Assembly: GCF_030144855.1 (NCBI RefSeq)
Contig: NC_082721.1
Location: 43,028,001 to 43,092,000 of the forward strand
Length of the DNA stretch: 64,000 bases
Origin: Hypanus sabinus
Taxonomy: Eukaryota
Direction: 5' to 3'
Shown: positions 37,271-48,727 of the stretch, piece after piece
How the letters are laid out: every line of letters begins with the position of its first letter
Numbering within the stretch: the first letter of the stretch is position 1
Notes under the pieces: generated by a model
The model's input: the letters and a program-made list of their open reading frames with translations, nothing else
Databases searched by the model: none
Told to the model about the DNA's origin: nothing
Program-made: the position numbers and the translations under genes

Positions 37271-38150
37271 TGTCATAAGGTGGGCACTGAGAGTGGACCC
37301 AAATGCAAGCCACAGACACTGAAGTACTAGGAACAGTACTGGGTGTCAAGAAAGCAAGGGAAATGGGGAAGAAATGACATGGGGCAGGACACAGGACCTG
37401 GACGAGACTAGGATTAAGGGCCCGGGCTAATACTAGACTAGGAAAGCGCGACCTAGATCAGGAACTTGGAAGATACTGGACAGGGACCCAGAACCTGGGT
37501 TTTGACTCCAGATCTAGGCAAGGACAAGACGTGGCAAGGCAACAGGACCGGAGGTGGGGTCACTGGACTCCTGGGCTGGATGATAACATGAAGCTCAGAC
37601 TTGGACTTTGGAGACTGGTACACAGGGCCTTGGTCTTGGGAAACAGGAACGCAGAACACAGAGTCAGGACCCCTCCTTGGGAACAGGACATAGGGCCAGG
37701 ACTTATACACAGAAAGCTGAACACAAGACAGTTCCCAACACTAGGTAGCAGCAAACAGCCAGACCCACCTAGCAAAGGTGAGGACACAAAGAGACAGTTG
37801 CAAACAACAGAAGACAGTTCCTTATCTGGACACAGCAAGGCTCCGGTCTTGCTCCGGCAGTAGAACTTGACGGCAAGAATAGGCGAGGACACAGGCAAGG
37901 CTCCAGGCGAAAGGTAGCAGGGGAGGATCAGGCAAAAGTTAGCAAGTGAGGGTCCAGTCAAGGGCTACAGGAAGAAGGGGAAGGGAAGGGAACAGTCTAG
38001 CCTCAGAGTAATGGCAAAGATGGCCTAGCTTACCCTGCAAGGGCAAGGACAGGAAGGGAGAGATCCAACGGCTGGGTAACAGCAAAGACAGCCTCACTTA
38101 CCCCACAGAGACACAGACAGGATACTGACAAGACAATCCAGCACCTACAC
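37271..38150 (-). mobile_element. LTR of the same family as 23660-24771, 5'-truncated
   Basis: Begins tgtcataagg (reverse complement of the ccttatgaca end) and is colinear with the first copy in reverse. Confidence 0.85.
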
Positions 38151-38159
38151 ACTCCCTCT

Positions 38160-41100
38160 CTCTCGTTCTTGTTTTACAGTGGTTGGCACCCAGCTTAATG
38201 GTGCATTACCTTCAGCTCAGGAGTATGTGATGGACTCACATTCTAAATCCCTTCACCCAATCGCACACATACACATACCCTAACCTACAATTTATCCTCC
38301 CCATCCGAGTACCCTATTTCTGTTCATCCATCATATCCTATAAAAAATCCCTGTACCCCTTAAGAAAGCTAAAACTATCCTGTGTTCTCTCACCCATGCC
38401 CAGCAACCTTTTTAATGTGAATTCCTGCACCCCCAATTCCCTTAGATTAATTCTCATCATCTTTTGCTGTATCCTATACTTCCTGAAACTCAGAATTACA
38501 TGTTCTACTGACTCCTCTTCCTGACATTCCTCACACAGTCCTGTCTGGTGTTTCCCTATCAATTTCAGTGTTTGGTTTAGTGCACAGTGCCCCAGCCTTA
38601 GCCTAGTCCACACAATTTCCTCTCTTCTGTATCTGCTTTCTACCCTAATACCTGCAACACATTTTTGTATTTGATATAAATGCCTCCCTTTCCCCTCCCT
38701 GCCCCATCTTTCTTGCCACATTTGGTTAATTTTTTCCCATATTACACACTTAACCTCTACTGATACTAATGTGCATTTCCATATTTTCTTTCTTTATTGC
38801 CCTCTTTGCTAACTCATCCACCCTTTCTTTGCCCTTCACCCCTACATGAGCTGGAACCCATAGAAATTAAGTACATCTTGCCGGCTGTTTGAGTGAGAAG
38901 ACCTTAAACTTGCCAGTACTGAAGATGAATCTGAGCATATCAACGCTTTGACTAGTTTAGCTTTCTCCACCCAACGTAACCAACACTGCCATCATCTCCA
39001 CTGTATACACCGCTAACTTATCAGATGTTCTTCTGCTGATTGCAATTGCTTTTGCTGGTATAGCCACTCCAAACCCTGTCACTCCTGTTTCAGGTTCCTT
39101 AGCACCATCTGTATAGACCTGAGTATAATCACTATACTTTTCCATCACATGACAGTTAAATGCACTTACCAAATCAGAGCTTACTAAAGCCACACACATT
39201 CTCTTTAATGCTGAACAACTTGCTCCCCATTCCCTACTAGTCAAACATCTCTTCACATTTATTACTTTTTTGCATTTCTCCTCAACGTTCCTGATATGGT
39301 CTGCCCATGTTAATCATGAATCAAATACAACTCCCAGAAATTTAAATGATCCAACCTTTCTAATTCAATCCCATACATCCTTAACTTCTTCCCTACTTCA
39401 ATTCTTTTCCTAGTGAAAAATACAGTTTGAGTTTTTTTACACTGAAAATCTACGTCCCCAATCATAACCCCACTCTACCACTTCATCAATTGGCCTTGTA
39501 GTTTCCTGATTATATGCTTCGTGTTCCTACCTCTTTTCCACAAGGCCCCATCATCTGCAAACAGTGACCTACCTATATCCACTGGTACCTTTGTGAAGAC
39601 ATCATTGATCATTATGATGAAAAGTAACGGGCTAATCACACTACCCTGAGGTGTGCCATTAACCACTATGTACTGTTCTGATAATTCTGATCCAATCCGA
39701 ACTTGAATTTTTCTACCAAACAAAAAATCTTTAATCCAATTAAAAACTCTCCCCTCAATCCCCATCTTGTGCAGTTTAATTAATAATCCTTCCTTCCACA
39801 TCATATCATAGGCTTTTTCAATGTCAAAAATCACTGCAACTAATGATTCTTTATTTGCCTGGGCCTTTCTTATTTCAGTCTCTAACCTTATCACCGAGTC
39901 CATGGAATTCCTTCCCTTCCTAAAACCACTCTGATAACTTGCCAGCATTCCTCTCTTCTCAAGATCATATGATAACCTTTCAGTTATCATCCTTTCCATT
40001 ACCTTACTTATAATTGATGTTAATGCTATTGGCCTGTAGCTAGTGAATTTTGACGGATCCTTGCCAGGTTTCGTTATTGGAATTACTACTGCTTCTTTCC
40101 ATGCACTTGGTAATCTTCCTTCCTCCCACACTCTGTTATAAAAATGCATTAACTTCAAGAGCGCTCCTTCTCCTAGATTTTTTTTAGCATAACATAGCAT
40201 ATTAGATTTTTCCCTGGGGAGGTTGGTCTTGATCTCTTTATTGCTCTCACCATTTCTGCCGAAGTAAATGGATCTCAATTATATCATCTGTATCTTTCCT
40301 CCTGTTTAACACACCTGGGTATTGACTCATTGTTCTCTCCCCTCTCCTTCTCTCTTTTTCCGACAAATTTTCTGAACTGTGTATCTTTACAAATGACTTG
40401 GCCATGATCTCAGCCTTATCCCTGCTGGAGACTGCTGTTTCCTCCACAGATATCATTACTGGATACTCACAATCCCTTCTATCTCCCCCCATCCTCTTAT
40501 TCATTCCCCATACCTCTCCCACAGGCGTTGCTCTTCCTATTTTGTTGCAAAAACTCCTCCAACTTGCTCTTTTAGTTTGACATATATTTCTTCTCACCAC
40601 TGCCTGTGCCTTCTTATATTGAATCAAATGCTGCATATTATGGGTTCTTTTAACTAGCCTGAATGCTCTATTTCTGTTTTTTTACAGCCTGACAACATTC
40701 CTCTGTCCACCATGGCACTATTTTTCTATTCATCCTATTTTTACTCCTGCTGCCTTCTGCTGCCATAATAATTGCTGAAGTCACCTGACTGTTTAATTCA
40801 TCTATATCTCCAGAAATGTCAATCTTTGTCAATGCTTCTTCACTTAACTTCTGGAACTTACCCCAATCTGCTTTTCCAAACACCCACTGTGGGACTCCCC
40901 CACCTGGTCTTATTTCAATTCTTTCACCCACTGAACATAAAACTGGGTAGTGATCATTGCCTACTGTTGAAGCAGTCCAAACTCCCCAGTTTACTGAAGC
41001 CAGCCAAGACATTAGACACTAACGTGATATCTAATACCGACTCAGTTCCTGTTGTTATGTTTATCCTTGTTCCTCTACCATCATTCATACATACCAAATC

Positions 41101-42905
41101 CCTTTCTTCCATCAAATCTTCAATTACCGTTCCATTTGAATCTGTAATCGGATCCCCCCATATTGTGCTGTGAGCATTTAAATCTGCACACCACACTGCT
41201 TTATGACTATTTTGTCCTTGTATCCTTAGTAGGCTGTCCAAATCCAACCTTTTACATGGATTGTAGTAGTTAATTATAACCACTCCCTCCCCTCTCTCCC
41301 ATATTTCCACCACTATGTATTCCTGATCATCTACTTTTTCCAGTACTCTATACAGTATACCTTGCTTGATTAACATAGCACAACCTCCTCCTCCCCCTAG
41401 ATTTCTATCTTTCCATATCATTGTATACCCATGTACCACAAAGTCTAATGCTGGTTTCAACCAAGTTTCCTGAATACACACTACATCCGGTTTTACAACC
41501 ATTTCCTTATTAAAGTCCTTAAATTCCCGCCATTGGCCAGTAAACTCCTTGCATTCCATTGCAAAAGAATCACCATAGTGAGTACTAACCAACCTATGAC
41601 ACTTCCTGGCTTGACTGATTAGTGAGGTTCTCCCTCACTTCTTCCCATGTCAGTCCTACTAACTCTAAATGGTTTACTGCTGCTTTGACCACCAGCTGAA
41701 TTTTGTCACTTTTTGACTTTACCTCTGCTGTACTATTGATGACTCCTGCAATGAATGTTACTAAAGCTTTTTTCCCACATAAATCCTGTCATTTACTCTT
41801 CGCTGCATCTCTTGCATCCCTATTGCTCTCTGGTCATTAGGAGCATTATTCTGTTCTCTTGACATTCTTACAGCTTCTGCATAAGTGATCTTTCTTCTCT
41901 CTTATTTCTTGAACTTTATTCTCCCATCTCATAACCTCACACCCACTATACACCACATTATGAGCTCCTCCACAATTACAGCATTTTGGTTGCACTCCTG
42001 TTCCACACTTTCCATATTCATGATAATCCCCACATCTAGCATATCTCCTCTGCCTTTTACAGTTTTTAGCTATTTGTGCAGACCTTTGACAATTATAACA
42101 CCTGAATGGCTTTGGCACATATACCCTTACTGGGTAACTCATGAAACCCAGGAACACTTTCCTTGGCACTCTTTCTTCTTCAAATTCAATCAATACTGTT
42201 TCACTTTCCTTTTTCATTCCATTCTTTGTTGTTTTCAGTCTTAGAACATTAATTACTTTCCCCCCTTTGATATTCCTTTTCAACTCCTCCATGTTTATAC
42301 TCATTGGTACACCCATGATCACTCCTTCACAATCACCATTTTATGCTCCCACCCTCCCTGAATATTCCACCTTGCATTTTCCTATCTCTTTTAGCTTGAG
42401 TGCTTTCTCAAGTTGTTCCTCATTCACACATCTTACCAATAGATTGCCATCATTAAGGACTTCTGCAAATACTATTTCCCCTATCTTATTTGTCAGAGTT
42501 GTTGTTAGCACAAACAGGTTAATTTTCTTCATGTGTCCTTGCACCTTCTCATTAAACCTAATTATGACAACACCTCCTCTCTGAACTTGTTCATCTTCCT
42601 CACTTTCAGAACTCTCTCCACTGTCATTTCTTATTCTTTTATTCCCTTTGTCTCAGTATTCATTAATCCATCCCATCACTATCTCCTTGATCCCTTTATT
42701 TCTCCCTTCACAATAATCCATTTCTCCCCAGCTGCCTACCTCTGATCCCAAATCCCTATTCCACTCCTTCTCCACTCTCTTTCCCTCAGCCCCTCCTCTG
42801 ACCTTGTCTGCCATTACCAGACCCAGGCAACCCACTCCCAGCAATTCCCACTCCTTCTCCACTCTCTTCCCCTCAACAAGTTCCAAACCACATGCACCAC
42901 CAAAG

Positions 42906-42910
<5 letters not shown>
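38160..42910 (-). mobile_element. Near full-length I-group (Nimb-like) LINE: ORF1 zinc knuckles, APE, RT, RNase H, C-terminal Cys/His; inactivated
   Basis: ORF1 RCYNCQR..AKNC...KCCNCGGAHN. APE DVVCIQETWLKP...CADLNAH...SNDHYP. RT SYRPIALTS...YQSGFRKGR...DIEKAYD...GTPQGSVISPLLF...FADD. RNase H YTDGAK...YTVEMMAV. C-terminus RLRLGH...CEECQEEESVEHV. It has frameshifts and an internal deletion near 39180. Confidence 0.93.
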
Positions 42911-42937
<27 letters not shown>

Positions 42938-42942
<5 letters not shown>

Positions 42943-44410
42943 GGTGGGAAGGGATGGGGGGACGAATGGACAAGGGAGTTGCGTAGGGAGCGATCCCTGT
43001 GGAAAGCAGAAAGGGTCGGGAGGGAAAGATGTGCTTGGTAGTGGGATCCCGTTGGAGGTGATGGAAGTTACTGAGAATTATACTTTGGACCCGGAAGCTG
43101 GTGGGGTAGTAGGTGAGGACAAGGGGAACCCTATTCCGAATGGGGTGGTGGGCGGAAGGGGTGAGGGCAGATGTGCAGGAAATAAGACAGATGTGTTTGA
43201 GAGCAGAGTTGATGGTGGAAGAAGGGAAACCCCTTTGTTTAAAAAAGGAAGACATCTCCTTCATCCTGGAAAGAAAAGCCTCATCCTGAGAGCAGGTGCG
43301 GTGGAGACGGAGGAATTGTGAGAATGGGATAGCATTTTTGCAAAAGACAGGGTGGGAAGAGGAATAGTTCAGGTAGCTGTGAGAGTATGTAGGCTTATAG
43401 TAGATATCAGTAGATAAGCCGTCTCCAGAGATGGAGACAGAAAGATCAAGAAAGGGGAGGGAGGTGTAAATGGACCAGGTAAATTTGAGGGCAGGGTGAA
43501 AGTTGGAGGCAAAGTTAATGAAGTCAACGAGCTCAGCATGTTTGCAGGAGGCAGTGCCAATGCAGTCGTCGATGTAGTGAAGGAAAAGAGGGGGATGGAT
43601 ACCCGTATAGGCTTGGAACATGGACTGTTCCACAAAACCAACAAAAAGGCAGGCATAACTGGGACCCATACGGGTGCCCATGGCTACACCTTTGGTTTGG
43701 AGGAAGTGGGAGGAGTCAAAGGAGAAATTATTGAGAGTAAGAACTAATTCTGCTAGACGGAGGAGAGTGGTGGTAGATGGGAATTGGTTAGGTCTGGAAT
43801 CCAAAAAGAAGCGGAGAGCTTTGAGACTTTCCTGGTGGGGGATGGAGGTATATAGGGACTGAATGTCCCTGGTGAAAATAAGGCGGTGGGGGCCAGGGAA
43901 CTTAAAATCATTGAAAAAATTCAAAGCGTGAGAAGTGTCACGAACATAGGCGGGAAGGGATTGAACAAGGGGGGATAAAACAGTGTCAAGTTATGCAGAA
44001 ATGAGTTCGGTGGGGCAGGAGCAAGCTGAGACAATGGGTCTACCTGGATAGGCAGGTTTGTGGATCTTGGGTTGGAGGTAGAAATGGGAAGTGCGGGGTG
44101 TGGGAACTATGAGGTTGGTGGCAGTGGATGGGAGATCCCCAGAGTTGATAAATTGGTGATAGTATAGGAGACAGTGGCCTGGTGCTCCTTAGTGGGGTCA
44201 TGATCAAGGGGTAAATAAGAGGAGGTATCAGAGAGTTGTTGCTGTGCCTCAGCCAGGTAGAGGTCAGTACGCCCCCCCCCCTTATCAGCGGATTTTATAG
44301 AGAGGTTGGGATTGGTGTGGAAGGAGTGGAGAGCAGAGCGTTCGGAAGGGGTGAGGTTGGAATTGGAACACGATGTGATGAAGTTGAGATGGTTGATGTC
44401 CCGTTAGCAA
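42938..44410 (-). mobile_element. Penelope-like element RT region, 3'-truncated
   Basis: IKSADKGG (about 44300), DIQSLYTSIPH, KGVAMGTRMGPSYACLF, YIDD; the ORF is open from 43924 to 42938. Confidence 0.93.
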
Positions 44411-46098
44411 CTAGCAATAAAGAGATCCACGCTGTTTGCTTTGCTGATGCAGTGTGTCGTGTAAATATCCGTAATGGCGGAAAGAGAGACCCCGATGATC
44501 TTCTCAGCTGACCTCACTATCCGCTGCAGGGTCTTGCGATCCGAGATGGTGCAATTTCCGAACCAGGCAGTGATGCAGCTGCGCAGGATACTCGCAAAAC
44601 AACCCCTGTAGAATGTGATGAGGATGGGGGGGGGGGGGGGAGATGGACTTTCCTCAGCATTCGCAGAAAGTAGAGATTCTTGGGTCGCTGAAGAAATTCC
44701 TCCTCATCTCTGTTTGAAAGGGACGTCGTTGTTTTCTGAGACTGTTCCGTCTAGGGGAGGACAGCTTGGGAACAGGTCGGTGTGCGGTTTCTTTGTGTGA
44801 TGGGAGTGGTGGGTCTTGCCCATTGCAGGGTGGTATTTTAGTGAGTGTGCTTTCTTTCTCAGGAACTCAGTGCTGCAGTGTCTATGCTGTTGGAAGTTGA
44901 ACCTGGGAGTTCCCCTCCACTCTACCTTTCTATGCAAGTGAAAATGGCAGGGGCCAAACTGCCAGCTGTACCAGGATTGCTGGGTCTCTCTTTGCCTCTC
45001 GCTCTGTCACCCACCCCACCCCTTTCCCAACTGGTTCCCTTCCCACCTTTCTGTCTCCTGGGCGTTTTTCTCTCTCATCCCCCCCTTCGCTATCAGCTGT
45101 TTCTCTGTCACTCCCTCTCCTTATCCATCCTATCCACCTCTCCTTCTCTCTCTTATTATCTCTCTTCCTCAGAACAGACACACACTCTTCCTCCCTCTGC
45201 CACCACTCTCATGCTCCTCAGTATGAACAGCAGCAGGGAAGCTGCCATTACCTGAAATCCCGGACTGAATCGCCCAGTGGTGACTACCACGTCCATCGAA
45301 GTAACGGCAAGGGGGTGAGGGGGAGGTCAGCGGTAGTGGGCTCTGAGCGAGTTGCTGGGGAGGGAGGGGAAGGGCCAAAATCGGAACAGGATTCGGGAAA
45401 TGAATGCAGTGGCACTGCAGATCGAGAGAGGGTGAGGGTTCAGCCGAGGAAGCATTGATCGGAGTGGGAAGGAGAAGGGAGAGAGGGCGAGGGTATGACT
45501 GGGGGAGTATTGGAAAGGGGAGCAGTAGCTACGGTGAAATAAGTCCTTAACTACTGTCTCAGGACTCCTGTACCTGCATACCATCACCCAATAGATAGTT
45601 GAGGAACAGTATTTCAACTTATTACAGGGAAGTTTACATCCCTTGTGACCCAACCATTTCAGATCCCCAGACTTTCTAGTTTGTGTCAGTATTGGTAATT
45701 TCTGGGGAAACCTCATTAGCCCAGAACGTACCTACAATTTATTCCTCTCTCCAACAATGCTACCCCAGAAACTGAATATTTCCAGCCACGTTTTTGTTCA
45801 TTTCCTTTATTAACCTTAACAAAACCAACTGCTTTGTTCTCATTTTACATCGCAGCTGAACAGTCAACCCACCATCCTGACCCCGACTCTTTCCACAATG
45901 GAACTTCCCGTCCCTCGGTGCTGACATTCGGTGTCCAAAGCTGCCGTAGAGATTTCCTAAACTTCAGGAAACCAGGACTCGAACCAGAGCAGAGAGACGT
46001 GTCTCCTCTCTCTTCCCTCCTCCCACTCGATGTTAGAATAGGAAAAACACGAAAAATTATTGAACACACACATGGAAATCATTCCTGCACCGATCATA

Positions 46099-46168
46099 TT
46101 TATTGGTAGTTAGTCACCGTTACCGTCTGTCAGTCTGATCCTGACGACGAATCACAAAAACATTTATT
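46099..46168 (-). terminator. Polyadenylation signals of the IgL C transcript
   Basis: Two AATAAA hexamers on the minus strand (46168-46163 and 46104-46099), about 280-350 nt after the C stop codon. Confidence 0.65.
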
Positions 46169-46450
46169 AGTTATTCGAATTAATCCAAACTCAGTTTCGG
46201 AGAAAACCATTCACAGCCTGAAATTTCCAGAAGACAAGTAACTGTCCACTTTAACACTGTATGGCGTCTCAGTAGGAAAAAGAACAAAATTAGCCTCGGG
46301 TACAAATATTCCAACATAATAGTGGAAACTACAGAGAGCGGAACAGAAGGGAAGTACCGGGATGAGAGAGTAAGAGTGGTAGAGGTGAACGATACAAAGC
46401 GGTGATCTCCCGTTAAGCAGGAAACAAACAAGGCCGAAGCCGCTCTCTGT

Positions 46451-46773
46451 TTAACAGCTGGATTTTGTGACTGTTGCGGATATTGTCGAGGCTGCTCCTT
46501 GTTGAACTGAGCAGGAGTACCTCTTCCCACTGCTCCAGTCTGCGCCGGGCACCGTCAGGTAGCTGCTGAGACTGAAGGTTTTGTCCGCGTTCTGAGTCAC
46601 CCCGCTGGTTTGCACCTCACTGCTCGTCGGACTCCCGTTCACTGTCCAGCTGACGACAGGGAAGCCCATCGACAATTTGCTGACCAGGCACACCATGGTG
46701 CCCGATCCTCTAGCCGAGATCTCCTCGGCTGACGGGCCAAGTAGTTTCACTGAAGGGTCTGGGAGTTGCCGAT
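46451..46773 (-). CDS. IGLC: Immunoglobulin light-chain constant (C) exon, intact, sigma-like
   Basis: Acceptor ttgcag ends at 46774. In phase 1 with J the exon reads (D)RQLPDPSVKLLGPSAEEISARGSGTMVCLVSKLSMGFPVVSWTVNGSPTSSEVQTSGVTQNADKTFSLSSYLTVPGADWSSGKRYSCSVQQGAASTISATVTKSSC*. It has the C1-set Cys/Trp/Cys and a terminal interchain Cys. The LSMGFPVVSW segment lacks the kappa/lambda FYP motif and resembles sigma C domains. Confidence 0.96.
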
Positions 46774-47902
46774 CTGCAACGGAAACAAGAGAAAATGTGT
46801 TTCAAGTCGCAGAAGAGCTCTCGTCATTTCACAGTTTGACAGAAGCGTAATTAAAAGGTTTCAACTTGATTGAGTTGAGCCCAGAGTCTCATCAAGTGAC
46901 AAGACAGTGCCCATGGAGGACAGTGCATGAAGGTCATCATGGAAAAACGAGAAATCTACTGCAACCGGTGAGGCTGTCAGGCTCTGAGTCATTCACGGAG
47001 TTGAGAGTTACACTGGCATCAAAGCGCCCCTGTGTAGTTCAATGTGCCCACTCTCGGTGCCATCAGTGACACAATCCGCCGCCTCCCTCCGGCCCGCCCA
47101 CTCATCATTAATGAGAATATATTTGTTACAATCCGCTTTGTCCCAGTGGGCGACGGGACTAAATACGCGGTCCTGAGCTCCAGGGAGCGGGGCGGGGCAG
47201 GTCGCTCCGTGATCTGTGATGTTGAGTGATTCGGCTCCCACTCATCGTGAGGGACGGGAGGTTGAATTCTCCCCAGAATCGGAGCTCTGGCCAAAGTCGG
47301 TGTAATGACTGAGATCGCTGAACAATGGTTCTCGGAAAGGAGTGTCGCTCAAGGGCAGGAGAGAGGAGCAAGGACTGAGCAGCGGGAGAGGGTCTGTTAT
47401 CAGATGGTGAAGGACGAGAGTTCCACCTTCACTGGAAATTCAGTGAAAGTCCGAAAGCTGTTTCGTTGGAGAGTCCTAAACAATGACTTGAAACTGGTCA
47501 TTCTACTGCGTTGACAACCACGGTAGAATGTCCGAACCCCACTGACACCTCAAGTCCCACTGTGTCACTTCACTGGATCCCTTCACGTTCCTTCCTGTGA
47601 AACCACCTCAAAAACTGACAAACTAACAGGAGAGCAGGGAAAGCACCAATAAACAGAAAGTGTTAAATCACGGTTCGTCCGAAAACAGAACCGAAAAGAG
47701 AAATGTTTCAGTAGAAGACGGAAACAATTCACCGAACACAACTCTATCAAGTAAAGCTGATGCTGGACACGAATACGATTAGATTGTAAATCATCATTTC
47801 CACTGTAACATTAGCTAGGACATTATAAGGTATAACTTATGAATTGCTGCATGACGGTATTTATCCCGTGGTTATTGTAGGAGATATTTTCAAGGCACTT
47901 AC

Positions 47903-47939
47903 CTGTAACAAAGAACTTGGTCCCTGAGCCGAACACCCA
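47903..47939 (-). CDS. IGLJ: Ig light-chain J segment (WVFGSGTKFFVT)
   Basis: TGG GTG TTC GGC TCA GGG ACC AAG TTC TTT GTT ACA G followed by donor gtaagt (47902-47897). FGxGT motif present; the phase-1 donor matches the C acceptor. Confidence 0.96.
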
Positions 47940-47978
47940 CACGGTGTGGGATACCGGGCATCAGGCCATGCAATTACT
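47940..47978 (+). other. 23-bp-spacer recombination signal sequence of J (non-consensus)
   Basis: Heptamer CACGGTG (47940-47946) abuts the J coding end, then a 23-nt spacer (47947-47969) and nonamer GCAATTACT (47970-47978; 5/9 match to ACAAAAACC). Confidence 0.8.
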
Positions 47979-48189
47979 CAGGACCCTGTAATTAACAGGG
48001 TCAAACACAAACACTCGATATCAAACACTCGATAGTAGGTGACGGGATTCGTAACCTTTCCAAATATAGCAAGATTAGCATTAGGAAATACCGTATAATG
48101 GGTAAAATTAAAGTGACTTTATGAAGAGTGAATGATGAGAATGTTTTCATCCGATACAATGATGTGAAGTGTATCATGTTTGCGACCCC

Positions 48190-48217
48190 AGTTTTTGTTT
48201 TACCCTCTTTCACTGTG
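48190..48217 (-). other. 12-bp-spacer recombination signal sequence of V
   Basis: On the minus strand: CACAGTG (48217-48211), 12-nt spacer AAAGAGGGTAAA, nonamer ACAAAAACT (48198-48190). Confidence 0.97.
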
Positions 48218-48514
48218 ACCAGTAGCCACTGCCCGATGAAAACCACTTTCCGCAGTAATAGACAGCAGCGTCATTCATCTTCACGTTTTTTATGATCAAC
48301 TTGTAAACGGTGCCGGCGCTGTTAGCTGTCGACGTGAAACGGTCGCTGCTGAACCCAGAGCCAGGAATAATAGTATTTTAGGATCCACTGTGGAACTGCT
48401 CACGGTGTCTGGTTGTACTGTCTTCCTTTGTTCCGATGTCACAATTCAGTGTGGCCGTGGCTCCTGGACTCACCGACACGGTCGGATTCTGAGTCAGAGT
48501 CTGGGACTCTCCAG
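48218..48514 (-). pseudogene. IGLV: Ig light-chain V exon, sigma-type, pseudogenised
   Basis: Acceptor tttacag ends at 48515. FR1 is SGESQTLTQNPTVSVSPGATATLNCDIGTKED. FR2 (YNQTP*AVPQWILKYYYSW) lies in a shifted frame with TGA at 48402-48400. FR3 is GSGFSSDRFTSTANSAGTVYKLIIKNVKMNDAAVYYCGKWFSSGSGYW. The conserved Trp after CDR1 and part of CDR2 are missing, and there is a TAA at 48380-48378 in the leader frame. GSGFSSDRFTS is the sigma-chain CDR2/FR3 signature. Confidence 0.92.
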
Positions 48515-48601
48515 CTGTAAAGAAATCAGGAATTGAACTTTAACCAATTACACTTTAATATGACCCCAAGACCCACCTCAGCAACCAGTGCCTGTACTTA
48601 C

Positions 48602-48647
48602 AACACAGCCACACTGCCAGAGACCGGAAAAAGCACAGCGTCCGCAT
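48602..48647 (-). CDS. Ig light-chain leader exon (L-part1)
   Basis: ATG at 48647; encodes MRTLCFFRSLAVWLC plus 1 nt, followed by donor gtaagt and an 87-nt intron (48601-48515) to the V exon. Confidence 0.9.
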
Positions 48648-48727
48648 CGTTGCTGCCCGTCAGCTTCCTGCCTCCGTTCTGTCGATGGATCTGTGACTGA
48701 CTGGCCGTCGCTGCCAATGGAGCCCAG

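Noticed and set aside
47500-47570. Possible second (pseudo) J in the J-C intron: GFGHSTVVV after a CAC-containing heptamer-like motif
   Set aside because: It lacks the second Gly of FGxG, a nonamer at 12 or 23 nt, and a GT donor.
48386-48407. Two heptamer-like motifs inside V FR2 (cactgtg-8 nt-cacggtg) resembling a D segment, with the V deletions about 23 and 12 nt away
   Set aside because: There are no nonamers, one heptamer depends on the nonsense mutation, and RAG cuts at the heptamer edge rather than 12/23 nt away. Treated as coincidence.
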